Part shown: piece after piece, positions 1 to 9,754 of the stretch
Layout: each line of letters opens with the position of its first letter
How positions within the stretch are numbered: the first letter of the stretch is position 1
NCBI GenBank assembly: GCA_018657845.1
Contig: JABHWJ010000013.1
Span: 1-50,625, forward strand
Origin: Candidatus Woesearchaeota archaeon
GTDB taxonomy: Archaea > Nanobdellota > Nanobdellia > Woesearchaeales > GW2011-AR9
Direction: 5' to 3'
DNA length: 50,625 nt
Notes under the pieces: generated by a model
What the model was told of the DNA's origin: nothing
The model's input: only the letters and a program-made list of their open reading frames with translations
Database searches by the model: none
Translations under genes and position numbers: made by a program

Positions 1-88
1 TGTTATGGTTGTTGGGTAGTGGAAATCAACTAGACAAGTAGACAACCACCATGAAGGTATATAAATGAGGAGATCTTGTTTATGGTTT

Positions 89-910
89 ATGGGAGCTATT
101 GAATTGATGAGGAAGGAATGCTTGAGGAGAAGGTATAGTTTAGAGACGGTTAAAGCTTATAGTTATTGCGTGGGGAAGTTTTTGAGAAGGAATTCTAAAG
201 AGGTTAAGAAAACAACTAAAGTAGATGTGCAAAGGTATTTAGATTATTTGGTTGAGCGAGGAGCTTCTGCTAGTACTTTAAATGTTAACTTAAGTGCACT
301 AAAGTTTTTGTTTGAAGAGATTTTAGGAAAGAAGTTAACTGTAAAAGTTAAGTTTGCTAAGGTTCCTAAACGATTACCTGATTTTTTGACTAAAGAAGAG
401 ATTAAGAAATTGTTTGAAGCAATTGGCAATCCTAAGCATAAACTGATGATTGAATTATTGTATTCTACTGGGATGAGGGTTAGTGAATTAGTCAATCTCA
501 AAGTAGAAGATTTATGTCTTAATGAAGGGTATGGCTGGGTTAGACAAGGAAAGGGCAATAAAGATCGGCCGATGGTAGTTGCAGAAAGAATTAGAACAAG
601 ATTGAGTGAGAGGATAATAGGGAAGAAATTAGAGTCTGGAGATTTTGTTTTTCAAAGTTATTGTGGGAAGTATTCTACAAGCACTATTAGAAAGATTTTG
701 GAGAGGGCAGCTAAAGAATCTGGAATAAGTAAGAGGGTTCATCCACATATGTTGAGGCATTCTTTTGCTACCCATTTAGTTGAAGAAGGCAATGGGGTAG
801 ATGTGATTCAGCCATTATTGGGACATAATCGGATTGAAACCACGATGGTGTATTTACATGCTTCTCCAAAGAGGTTTCTTAGTGTGAAAAGTCCTTATGA
901 TTCTTTGTGA
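89..910 (+). CDS. XerA/XerD-family tyrosine recombinase with N-terminal SAM-like domain
   Basis: Catalytic residues present: TGMRVSEL (R), GKGNKDR (K), HPHMLRHSFATH (HxxR), LGH and TTMVY. The ORF track starts at 65; ATG 89 downstream of TATATAAA (58-65) is the more likely start. No IntI-specific insertion. Confidence 0.9.
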   Translation: MGAIELMRKECLRRRYSLETVKAYSYCVGKFLRRNSKEVKKTTKVDVQRYLDYLVERGASASTLNVNLSALKFLFEEILGKKLTVKVKFAKVPKRLPDFLTKEEIKKLFEAIGNPKHKLMIELLYSTGMRVSELVNLKVEDLCLNEGYGWVRQGKGNKDRPMVVAERIRTRLSERIIGKKLESGDFVFQSYCGKYSTSTIRKILERAAKESGISKRVHPHMLRHSFATHLVEEGNGVDVIQPLLGHNRIETTMVYLHASPKRFLSVKSPYDSL

Positions 911-947
911 GAACGATTAATTGAAGATTGGAAAAGTCGAAATATGT

Positions 948-1397
948 TTAGAAAAAAGTGGTAATGTAGAAAGCGATTAACCCTAAGATGAGACCACCAA
1001 AGAGGTCGTACCAATCATGTTTCTTAAGATAGATTCTGGAGTAGGCAGTGAAAACTGCGATTGTTGTGAAGAAGGTGATTGTTAAAGGGGTAGGAAAGGA
1101 TTGGTTGAAGATGAGGGCTAGGAAAACTACCCTAGCAGTATGGAGACTAGGAAATGAAGAGGCATCTATTCTTTCAATGAAATTGTGATGGTTTTGTTTT
1201 TTAGGACGATTTTTGAAATAGAATATTCTGATAAGGATTACTATTAATAGGGTGGAGATTAAACCAAAGATTAGTTTTATGGTTAAAAGGTGTTTTTGGA
1301 AAGCGAGAGTTAAAAGGATGATTATTGAGAAGAAGACAAAACTTCCCAATGAAGTGAGGTCACGGAAAAATTGATGAATAAATTTTTGATATTTCAT
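948..1397 (-). CDS. PAP2-family membrane lipid phosphate phosphatase
   Basis: RP motif, SFPSLH, SRIYLKKHDWYD; multiple TM segments. Confidence 0.88.
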   Translation of the reverse strand: MKYQKFIHQFFRDLTSLGSFVFFSIIILLTLAFQKHLLTIKLIFGLISTLLIVILIRIFYFKNRPKKQNHHNFIERIDASSFPSLHTARVVFLALIFNQSFPTPLTITFFTTIAVFTAYSRIYLKKHDWYDLFGGLILGLIAFYITTFF

Positions 1398-1492
1398 TTT
1401 TGGTTGTTTTTTGATATTTCTTTTTTTGTCATTCTATTATTTTTTTAAGTTGTTGTTTTTTTGTTTTTGATTTTTTCTTAAATATAAATAAC

Positions 1493-2347
1493 TTAAATAT
1501 AAATTATAATTAATGTAGTGATAACCCAAAGTAAGGTTCCGATCATTAGGGGTTTATCCCTAAAGCTTTTTTCGGGATGGCGGGTTATTTCCGATCCTTC
1601 GTTAATGAGATTGAAGTAACGGAAGATGACGTAAAGAGCAAAAGGAAGGGTATAAAGGAGTTTTTGGTGTTGGCTGAGAAAAGAGTAAAGTGCATAAGAG
1701 ATTATTAATAAGGTGGTGGAGATGACCATTAAGGAGTTGGTGGTAGTGAGGGTGTATTCTTTGAGAACTTTTCTAGTGGAGTGGGCTTTTTCTTTGAGGA
1801 AGAGGAGATCAGCGTGACGTTTTCCAATTGTAAGGAAAATGGAAAGGAAAAAGGGACAAAGAATTAACCAGGGAGAAATCTTTACTTCGATAAGATATGC
1901 TCCAGAGATTGCGCGGAGGACGAATAAAGAAGCGATGGCGAGAATGTCTCCAAAGAGGATATGTTTAAGATAGAAAGTGTAGATTTGGCTAAGGATGAGG
2001 ATTGCTAAGACAAGGTAGAGGAAATTTATGTTGAGTGCGGCCGCTAAAGTTACTGAGATTAGGAAGAAGATTATTGCTGAGATAATGGCGGTTTCTTTGC
2101 TAATGGTGTTGTTGGCCAAAGGTCTCAGTTTTTTTTCAGGATGAAGTTGATCTTTTTTTAGGTCAACTAGATCATTGATGATGTAATTAGTGGAAGAGAT
2201 TAAGCAGAGAGAGATAAATCCAAGAATTGAGAAAGTTAATGGTTTAAGATGGAAGAGATTCCCAGAGAAGAAAAGAGCTAAGAAAATAACTAGGTTTTTG
2301 TACCATTGTCTTACCCTAATGAGATTGAGGAAATGTTTTAGTTCCAT
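1493..2347 (-). CDS. UbiA-family prenyltransferase, polyprenyl-phosphate phosphoribosyltransferase (DPPR synthase)-like
   Basis: RVRQWYKNL, NYIINDLVDLKKDQLHPEKKLRP, YTFYLKH, LRAISG and GKRHAD motifs; about 9 TM helices. Confidence 0.8.
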   Translation of the reverse strand: MELKHFLNLIRVRQWYKNLVIFLALFFSGNLFHLKPLTFSILGFISLCLISSTNYIINDLVDLKKDQLHPEKKLRPLANNTISKETAIISAIIFFLISVTLAAALNINFLYLVLAILILSQIYTFYLKHILFGDILAIASLFVLRAISGAYLIEVKISPWLILCPFFLSIFLTIGKRHADLLFLKEKAHSTRKVLKEYTLTTTNSLMVISTTLLIISYALYSFLSQHQKLLYTLPFALYVIFRYFNLINEGSEITRHPEKSFRDKPLMIGTLLWVITTLIIIYI

Positions 2348-2375
2348 TTAAGATTTAGATAAATAGTTTTAGTTT

Positions 2376-3842
2376 TTAAGATTTTGGTTTTAAGATGAAG
2401 TAAGTGCACTCAAGAATTTGTTGGTGGTGGCGTTCTTGAAGGGTTTCTTTTAGGATGATGATGTTTTCTTGTTTGAGGAGTTGGAGGAATTGTTGTTTTT
2501 TATCTAGGCAGGTTTGATCTTGAGGATGGCAAATGAGTTCACAGGCGTTAATGATGATTAACTCAGCCGTGGACTTCTTGTTTTGGTAGATAGGAAGCGC
2601 ATAGTCCATTCCACTTAAAGGAATGATGGAATTATCAAGGTAAGAGATTAACGAAGGACTAGTAGTAAGAATGGGTCCTTGAATATTGTGATCCTGGATG
2701 TATTCTACAAATTGAGGATTTAGATCTGGGTTTTTTTCCATGTTGAATAGGTAAGGAAGTCCAATGATGATGAGAATGACGACAATGAAAATGAATGCAG
2801 TAGATTTAATAAATGGTTTCTTTGATTTTTTCAGTTTTTGATAGATTTGAATGATGTAGGGGGAGACGATGATAGCTAGGAAGGGAACAGCAAAAACAAG
2901 ATAACGGATTTCTTTTCTAGCTACAAAGAAAGTGAAGTAGAGTATTAAGAGAGTGGGGATTAAGTAGATAAGGAAAATCGAGGAGTTTTTCCAAGATCGT
3001 TTTTTGATAAAATCATAAAGGCCATAAAAGTAAACTAAATAAGGGGGGTTCTTGAGGAAGAAATTAGTTAGATAAAATAATATTCCAGTCCCATAAAGCC
3101 AGGTGGCGGTGGAAACTATCCAGTTTCCGGAGAGGAATGGTTCTAATGGATTAGGGTAAGTGAAGTAGTTGAAGATTAAATAAGGGAGAGTAGGGATGAG
3201 GAATCCCATTGTGAGGATGAAGAGGTGTTTTATTTTTTGTAGGAATTTAGTGTTGTTGAAAATTAAGATTATATAGGTAGAGAGAAGGATTATTCCTAAC
3301 GGAAATTTGGTGAGGAAAGCTAAGGAAGTAAAGATTCCAGAGAGGAAAAGATTTAGAGCTGATTTTTTGGTTTGAGAAATGAAAAAGTAGATTGCTAGGA
3401 GGATAAAGAGAATGGCAAGAGGTTCAGAAAGAACTAAGCCGGTGAACATGAAGAAAACAGGGGTGAAACTGAAAAGAAGAGCAGAGAGAATTGCGGATGT
3501 TTTGTTGAAAAGTTTTTTGGTGATGTGGTAAATTAGGGTGATGCTGGCTAATGAGAAAATTAGATTGACGAGTTTGGCAGTGAGGATAACTGGAAGATTA
3601 AGTTTCCAGAATGTCCCCAGTAAGATTGGGTAAGTTAAGGGACGAAAGGATTCCCATAATCCTAGTTTTCCTTGGGTGAAAATGTATTTGCCCATGCCAA
3701 TGTAAACATGGCTATCCCACCAGAGGTTGTAGTTTAAGAGAAGGTAAATAATTCTAGTTATTAAAGAAATTAGAAGAATCCAAAAAAGAGGATTCTTATG
3801 AAAAGACTTACTAATTTTTTGGAAGGATTTAACAAAGTTCAT
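2376..3842 (-). CDS. GT-C fold membrane glycosyltransferase (ArnT/PMT_2-like)
   Basis: WWDSHVY in first loop, RPLTYP, LSEP, LAFLTK, KEIRYL; many TMs. Confidence 0.78.
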   Translation of the reverse strand: MNFVKSFQKISKSFHKNPLFWILLISLITRIIYLLLNYNLWWDSHVYIGMGKYIFTQGKLGLWESFRPLTYPILLGTFWKLNLPVILTAKLVNLIFSLASITLIYHITKKLFNKTSAILSALLFSFTPVFFMFTGLVLSEPLAILFILLAIYFFISQTKKSALNLFLSGIFTSLAFLTKFPLGIILLSTYIILIFNNTKFLQKIKHLFILTMGFLIPTLPYLIFNYFTYPNPLEPFLSGNWIVSTATWLYGTGILFYLTNFFLKNPPYLVYFYGLYDFIKKRSWKNSSIFLIYLIPTLLILYFTFFVARKEIRYLVFAVPFLAIIVSPYIIQIYQKLKKSKKPFIKSTAFIFIVVILIIIGLPYLFNMEKNPDLNPQFVEYIQDHNIQGPILTTSPSLISYLDNSIIPLSGMDYALPIYQNKKSTAELIIINACELICHPQDQTCLDKKQQFLQLLKQENIIILKETLQERHHQQILECTYFILKPKS

Positions 3843-4518
3843 CTTCTGTTAATGATTCACAAATAAGTTCGTGTAGTTGTTGTTTAGGAATCATCCCTTC
3901 ATATTTCTTACCATCGATGATCAAGGTAGGATATTGGTTTACCTTAAATTCAGAAGCTAGAATTTTAAGGAGAGATTCACTGTCTTGGAAGTTCATATTA
4001 ATGGGGAAAACTAAAACTTTTCCTTCAAAAGTATTACGAAAGTAAGTTAGTAGAGTTCCTTGACTGGGACAGTTAGGGCAGTCTTCTTCATAGAAGTAAA
4101 GGATTGGAACGATCTCAAGATTACAAAGCTCTTTACTTTTTTTAGCGAAGAGCCAATAACGAATATTGTCTAAGAGGTATTTTCTTCCGGCCATATCAAA
4201 TTCTTCGGGATCTAATCTGGAGTCTTTTTCATATTCAAGGAATTCACTTAAAGATTCAGAGAGATCTTCAATGGCCCCATTAAGAGTGGTTTGAAGTACA
4301 GGACAGATGTCTTCTTGTCCTTCTAATTCGTTAATATAATAATATTGTAATTGTAAACTTTCATATTCATTTTCTTGGTTTTTGTTAACTTTTTCCATCC
4401 AGTTGCCCCGGTAGTTTTCCATGAGGAAGCCGAGAGTAAGGCCGAGAGAAAAGATTAAGGCAGTAAGGATTGCCGCTAAGATATACTTGTCTTTGCTTAT
4501 TTTTCTTTTTGTTTCCAT
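3829..4518 (-). CDS. Membrane-anchored protein with C-terminal thioredoxin-like fold
   Basis: N-terminal TM; YFYEEDCPNC (CxxC) and QYPTLIIDGKKYEG cis-Pro motif; overlaps next gene. Confidence 0.7.
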   Translation of the reverse strand: METKRKISKDKYILAAILTALIFSLGLTLGFLMENYRGNWMEKVNKNQENEYESLQLQYYYINELEGQEDICPVLQTTLNGAIEDLSESLSEFLEYEKDSRLDPEEFDMAGRKYLLDNIRYWLFAKKSKELCNLEIVPILYFYEEDCPNCPSQGTLLTYFRNTFEGKVLVFPINMNFQDSESLLKILASEFKVNQYPTLIIDGKKYEGMIPKQQLHELICESLTEDELC

Positions 4519-4584
4519 GAGATTACCTTCGAATATTCTTTATTTTGAAGTTTAAGTATTTATAATGATTTATGTTTTTGAGAG

Positions 4585-5889
4585 TTACCATTTTGTTTTC
4601 TTACCAATGCTAAATTGGATTAAAGAGAGGATTAAGATTGTTCCTTTGATTAGATAATAAACGGCGAAATAGGGAATGAAATGGATGTAGCCATGTTTAC
4701 GGATCTTTTCATTAGCGTTTTTATGGGCGAGATAAAAGAAAGTAAAGGTTATTGAAATGAGAAAGATGAAAATGAATATCTTTTTGAATTCAAAATTGAG
4801 AATGTTGAAGTTAGATAAACTGAGATTCTTTAAGTAAACCAAGAAATCAAAGTTTAAGATATAGGCGTTTTTCATTTTTTTAATTACTGGGAGGATGAGA
4901 TAGTAAAAGGCAAAAAAGAATCCAGTAAAAGCAAGTACGAAACCAAAAACGTTTTTGGTCATTTGCATGATTCCAAAATCTCCATACTTACGGTCGAGGA
5001 CCATGCTTCTATATTGATGAAGGCAAGAGATACTTCCTTGATACCAACGTCTTCTTTGTTTGTAGAATGCTTTAAGGGTTCCAGGAGAGTTAGTGTAGAC
5101 ATAACCATCAAAACATTGTTTGATAAGGTAGGATTCTTTTTGAACCCGGTAGGCTATTTCTTGGTCTTCGGTAAGGTTAGTAGGATCGAAGCCGCCAAGT
5201 TTTTTGATGATTGAAGTTTTGTAAAGGGAGAATGGTCCAGGAGCTACGTAAACAGAATCAATTTGGGCAGAGAGACGAGAGACGAGAATCATTAGGAGAT
5301 ATTCTATCCATTGGATTCTTTGGAGAATTTTCTTAGGATCTTTTACTTTCATCGCGGGAGTGATGATGGCTAATCTGGGGTTATTCTGTTCTTGATAATA
5401 AGAGACCATCTTTTTTAAAGTTAGGTGGTGGACTTCGGAATCTGCATCTAAGCAAGCGAAGAATTCCCCTTTAGCTAATTTTAAGGCTTTGTTCATAGAA
5501 GTAGCCTTACCCACGTTTTGGTGGGAGATGAAAGTGATGTTAGTTGGGGTGTTGTTTTCCTCATTATTTTTTTGGTGAAGAATTTGGATGAATTCATCAA
5601 CGACTTCTTTAGTGCGATCAGTGCTTCCATCATTAACTACAATTATTTCTAAATTTTCTTTTGGGTAATGTAAATTGAGAACAGATTGGATTGTTTTGAG
5701 GATAGTGTCTTGTTCATTGTAAGCAGGGATAATAACAGAAACGAAAGGAAAATGTTTTGGTTCAGTTGAACGGGATTCTTCCTGGTTGAAGAATGATCTT
5801 TTATCTAAGAATATTAATAAGAGGAAAATTGAGAAGTATAGAGAAATGATGTAAGCAGTCCATAAAATTATCTCAGCAAAAAACTCCAT
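4585..5889 (-). CDS. Processive GT2 glycosyltransferase (PgaC/IcaA/cellulose synthase-like)
   Basis: IIPAYNE, NDGSTD, LDAD, TED and QRRRW (D,D,D,QxxRW) motifs; N- and C-terminal TMs. Confidence 0.9.
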   Translation of the reverse strand: MEFFAEIILWTAYIISLYFSIFLLLIFLDKRSFFNQEESRSTEPKHFPFVSVIIPAYNEQDTILKTIQSVLNLHYPKENLEIIVVNDGSTDRTKEVVDEFIQILHQKNNEENNTPTNITFISHQNVGKATSMNKALKLAKGEFFACLDADSEVHHLTLKKMVSYYQEQNNPRLAIITPAMKVKDPKKILQRIQWIEYLLMILVSRLSAQIDSVYVAPGPFSLYKTSIIKKLGGFDPTNLTEDQEIAYRVQKESYLIKQCFDGYVYTNSPGTLKAFYKQRRRWYQGSISCLHQYRSMVLDRKYGDFGIMQMTKNVFGFVLAFTGFFFAFYYLILPVIKKMKNAYILNFDFLVYLKNLSLSNFNILNFEFKKIFIFIFLISITFTFFYLAHKNANEKIRKHGYIHFIPYFAVYYLIKGTILILSLIQFSIGKKTKW

Positions 5890-5910
5890 GAATAAACCCC
5901 CTAGTTGTTA

Positions 5911-5959
<49 letters not shown>

Positions 5960-5990
5960 GGTTATGTTGTTTTGTTGTTGTTAAACTTTT

Positions 5991-6071
5991 ATTAAAAGCA
6001 ATTTGCACGGCCCGAGATGAGTTCTCAAAACAACGAACTCATGGGCCTCCCTTGGCAAAATCGCTTTTAAT
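5991..6071. other. Long imperfect inverted repeat / hairpin of unknown function
   Basis: Nested arms ATTAAAAGC/GCTTTTAAT, TTTGC/GCAAA, GGCCC/GGGCC and ATGAGTTC/GAACTCAT around a 10-nt loop; GC-richer than its flanks. Confidence 0.8.
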
Positions 6072-6090
6072 GTTAGTGAATGTGTCATTG

Positions 6091-7482
6091 TTAATTGAAC
6101 TCCCAAATCTCATTTTGTTCTGAAAGATGAATTCTTTTAAATCTTTCGTTCTTAAAGATGAACAAAAGTCCTTGGTCATGAGGAAGGGTGTTCTGCATTT
6201 GTTCTGTGATGAGGATGTGAGAGATGTGGTGCCTTTCTAAAATTGGGAAGGAAACTGAAGGGTAAGATGAAGAGAGAACTTCTTGAGATAAATAGAATTT
6301 TTCATCATACAAGGGATCATCAAAAGTAAGGAAAGGATCTTTTTGAGAAAAGTATTGGATTAAGTAACTATTTTCAGTGGTAGAAAAAATTTTATCTGGA
6401 GTAAGGATGGGTTGGTCTTTGAGGGCGAGGAGAGTTTCTTCAAGCTCAGGGGTTGGTGAAAGAGTAGAGAGCCGATCTATGCAAGTGAGGGTAGAGAAAA
6501 TTATTCCTAAGATCAGAAGGAAGATAGTAGCGTTTTTGATAATTTGAAGCTTCCATTCTTTGTTGAATAAATAGACAAATCCAAATGTAGCGAAGATTAA
6601 AAGGATGAAGTTGAGATAAATCAAAGAAGAGGTTTGATAGATGTATAATGGGATGAAAAACGGAAGGAAAAAATAAGTGAGATAAAATTTGTTTTTTTTC
6701 CAGGTAATGGTTAATCCAATGATTGCGAGGAGGAAAGCAAAAAGACTAAGTCCAAAGATTCCACCTAAATCTGAGAAAAGATCAAAGAGAATGTTTTGAG
6801 AAAGATAAGGGCCAAGTAAGAATGGTTTTCCTAAAACTAAGTTAAGTGAAGTTAATAAAAAAATCATAATTCCCAGAGGTTTGACGTAATTGTCTTTTTT
6901 TAAGTAAAAGTAAAGAGCAAGGAGTAGTAGAGCTAAGAAGGAACTGAATAAATCGAAGAAAGGAATGAGAAAGAAGGGAATGTAGGAGAGGGATTTGAGA
7001 AATTTGTTTTTGCTGAACAATGCCGAGAATCCAGCGAGGAGAAGGAAGATGAATAATGAGTGATGGGAAAGGGTGGCGAAAGTGAAAATAAATACAGGAG
7101 ATAGGATAATAAACAAAAGGAGGAAGAATTCTTCTTTAAGAGAGAGGTTGAATCGTTTAGTTATATTATTAAGTAAGAGTAAGGAGAGGATTCCTAATAA
7201 TGATGTGAAAATTTGTGCTAAGTAAGGGAAGTGAGGCAGGTAAGAGAAAAGGTGAAGGATTAAGTGGTAAGGGTTTTGCCAAAAGTTACTAAGATTAATT
7301 TGAGTGGCAGAGTAAAGAGGGTGATAAGATGATGTGGAGATGAGGAGATAATTGTGGTTAAGAATTCTAAATAAGAACGGTAAACTTAGAGTTATAATTA
7401 GGAAAAGAGGTAAGTATATTGATTTGTATTTAATCAAGTGTCCTAATACTGTATTTATGGTTTTGTCGGTCTGAGTTGACAT
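6091..7482 (-). CDS. Multi-pass membrane protein, GT-C/STT3-like architecture (possibly degenerate)
   Basis: About 12 TMs plus C-terminal extracellular domain ending in ISHILIT; layout parallels 7455..8957. Confidence 0.55.
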   Translation of the reverse strand: MSTQTDKTINTVLGHLIKYKSIYLPLFLIITLSLPFLFRILNHNYLLISTSSYHPLYSATQINLSNFWQNPYHLILHLFSYLPHFPYLAQIFTSLLGILSLLLLNNITKRFNLSLKEEFFLLLFIILSPVFIFTFATLSHHSLFIFLLLAGFSALFSKNKFLKSLSYIPFFLIPFFDLFSSFLALLLLALYFYLKKDNYVKPLGIMIFLLTSLNLVLGKPFLLGPYLSQNILFDLFSDLGGIFGLSLFAFLLAIIGLTITWKKNKFYLTYFFLPFFIPLYIYQTSSLIYLNFILLIFATFGFVYLFNKEWKLQIIKNATIFLLILGIIFSTLTCIDRLSTLSPTPELEETLLALKDQPILTPDKIFSTTENSYLIQYFSQKDPFLTFDDPLYDEKFYLSQEVLSSSYPSVSFPILERHHISHILITEQMQNTLPHDQGLLFIFKNERFKRIHLSEQNEIWEFN

Positions 7483-8957
7483 CTTACTTTGTAAATATGA
7501 ACTGTGTTGCTATATAATAATTCAAAACATCTTTGGTCAATATAAGGAGGTAATTCTAAATTATAAATAGATTTACTTTGAGGAGAAACTAATAGGTAAT
7601 GAAGGTTATATCTATCGAAAAGACTAATCGCTTGAGTTTGATAAGAGGTGCTGAAAAAAGAATTAAGATGAGAGAAACGTTCATCAATATCTTTGATTAA
7701 AGAAAATTGGGTGTCCATGAAATTTTTTCTTTGGCTAGTGTAGGCTAAGAGGTGACCTTCAGATAGGGAAGTTATTATAGTTGCTTGGGGGTTGGTGTTT
7801 TCTTTAATCCAAGTGAATGCTTTGAGATCTTCATCAGAAGGTGTTTGTTGCTGAAGGGCATAAGTGAAAGAGGGTATGATTGAAGTAATGATAAAAAGGA
7901 TTAAGATGATTATTGGTAAAACTGTAGTCCAACGTTTTATTTTAGTAAAATGAGTTTTTTGAAGATAAGGAGTGAAGGAAGTATACGCTTGGGCGAAGAA
8001 GATAGCTAAAATAAGACCAAAAAACATTAGGGCTAGACGAAATTCAACAAAATTGATGATTGCTAAGAATGCGGTGGAAATTGCTAGGCCAAGGAGGAGA
8101 AAAACATTTTTGTTTTTTTGTTCGAATAAAGATCTGTAAATTGTATAAAGTCCGATAAGGAAAGGAATCACGCCAATTAAGATTAGAGAGTTTAAGATGG
8201 AAATGTTAGGGAAGTATTGATTCATAATTTGAGGGGGAACGTTCTGCCAGATGAAGCTAGGCCCTTCAGTAATGAGAGTTCGTTTAAAGAAAAGAAATTG
8301 GGTCCAGATGAAAAGGAATAATGAGAAAAGAGCAAGTTCTAATTCTGCTTTGTCGGTTCTTTTTTCTTCAAGTTTGGAAAGGAACAAGTAGAAGAGGGTC
8401 CCTATTATTAGTAGGGCTGTGGCAGCACTAGTAAGAGAAAGGATTAAGATAGAGATGATGTAAATGTAATTGAACTTTTTTTCTCTGATTTTCATCAAGG
8501 AGTAAATGGCGAGTAAGGATAATGGGAGGAATAGGGATAATGGAGTGAAGGAATTAGTTTGGAAAAGGATAGGGATGAATGCAGAGATGAAGGCTGCGAA
8601 TAAAGAAGGGTTGTTTTTTTTGGTAATTTGTTTAGCAATGATGAAAATTAAAAAAGGGATTAGGGAGAGTAAGATGTTGGGGAGGAGTTTAGCTACTAGG
8701 TCTAATGGTAAGAATAGATCTAATGAAGCGGAAAGGTAATGAAACGCAGGTAGGAAGATCAGAGTTCTTCCGCCATAGGAAAGCGGGTCATCATAAAGTG
8801 GGAGGCCATGACTGGTTATGTGTTCAACCTGTCTTAGGTGGAAATAAGAATCATAAGTGAAGTTAGAAATAGAGAAGGCGAGGATTAATCTTAACATAAG
8901 AGTAAAGATAATTATAGCCAAAAGGAAGTATTTGGTTCTTTTTTCATTTGTGACCAT
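7455..8957 (-). CDS. GT-C fold membrane glycosyltransferase (STT3/PMT-like)
   Basis: YDSYFHLRQVE and YDDPLSYGGR loop motifs, AFTWIKENT, GHLL; many TMs. Confidence 0.7.
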   Translation of the reverse strand: MVTNEKRTKYFLLAIIIFTLMLRLILAFSISNFTYDSYFHLRQVEHITSHGLPLYDDPLSYGGRTLIFLPAFHYLSASLDLFLPLDLVAKLLPNILLSLIPFLIFIIAKQITKKNNPSLFAAFISAFIPILFQTNSFTPLSLFLPLSLLAIYSLMKIREKKFNYIYIISILILSLTSAATALLIIGTLFYLFLSKLEEKRTDKAELELALFSLFLFIWTQFLFFKRTLITEGPSFIWQNVPPQIMNQYFPNISILNSLILIGVIPFLIGLYTIYRSLFEQKNKNVFLLLGLAISTAFLAIINFVEFRLALMFFGLILAIFFAQAYTSFTPYLQKTHFTKIKRWTTVLPIIILILFIITSIIPSFTYALQQQTPSDEDLKAFTWIKENTNPQATIITSLSEGHLLAYTSQRKNFMDTQFSLIKDIDERFSHLNSFFSTSYQTQAISLFDRYNLHYLLVSPQSKSIYNLELPPYIDQRCFELLYSNTVHIYKVRCQLRPTKP

Positions 8958-9044
8958 GATTTAAGTGAAAAAGAGGTTTTATTTTATAAATATGTAGGGT
9001 TGAGAGTCGAAATGTTTATAATATTTGGTAATTGAGATATTTAA

Positions 9045-9713
9045 ATGAAAGTTTCTACGGGGGCAGAATTTTTGGATAGAGTGTTTAATGGAGGGTATGA
9101 TACGGATGTAGTTACTACTATTTTTGGCCCTTCTGGAAGTGGGAAGACTAATCTTTGTTTGATTTCTGCAGTTAAGGTTGCTGAGCAAGGAAAGAAGGTG
9201 GTGTTTATTGATACGGAGGGAGGGATTTGTGTAGAACGGATTAGGCAGATCTCTAAAGATTATGAAGGGGTGTTGAAAAAGATCGTTTTCTTTAACCCAT
9301 TTAATTTTGTTGAGCAGCAGGAAGTTTTTGAAACTCTTAAAGAGATGGTGAATGAAGAGGTAGGGATGATTGTTGTAGATAGTATTTCCATGTTGTATCG
9401 GTTAGAGTTAGGTAAGGGCGAAGGGGTGTACGATGTTAATGTAGCCTTAGGAAGGCAGATTGCTCATTTAGTTGAGATTGCTAGGCGGCGTAAGATTCCG
9501 GTGTTAGTTACTAATCAAGTTTATTCTGATTTTGATAATAAAGATAAAGTGAAGATGGTTGGTGGCGATTTGTTGAAGTATGGTTCCAAGTGTTTGATTG
9601 AATTAATTAATTTGGTTAATTCTAGAGGATTAGTGTTGAGGAAGCATAGGTCGTTGCCTGAAGGGTTGAATGTTAAATTTAAGATTGTTTCTGAAGGGAT
9701 TGAAGAAGTTTAG
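9045..9713 (+). CDS. radB: DNA repair and recombination protein RadB
   Basis: GPSGSGKT Walker A, IDTEG, VVDSIS, TNQV and C-terminal KHR motif; 222 aa with no RadA N-terminal domain. Confidence 0.93.
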   Translation: MKVSTGAEFLDRVFNGGYDTDVVTTIFGPSGSGKTNLCLISAVKVAEQGKKVVFIDTEGGICVERIRQISKDYEGVLKKIVFFNPFNFVEQQEVFETLKEMVNEEVGMIVVDSISMLYRLELGKGEGVYDVNVALGRQIAHLVEIARRRKIPVLVTNQVYSDFDNKDKVKMVGGDLLKYGSKCLIELINLVNSRGLVLRKHRSLPEGLNVKFKIVSEGIEEV

Positions 9714-9754
9714 AATAAATTTATATAATTAATAATTTTAGTTAATTCTGATAG

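Noticed and set aside
65-910. Bona fide integron integrase IntI
   Set aside because: No IntI-specific insertion before HxLRH and no attC array visible in the window
5991-6078. Hairpin as an attC site or fluoride riboswitch
   Set aside because: No proper RYYYAAC/GTTRRRY boxes with correct spacers; the CUGAUG element of the fluoride riboswitch is absent; single copy in window
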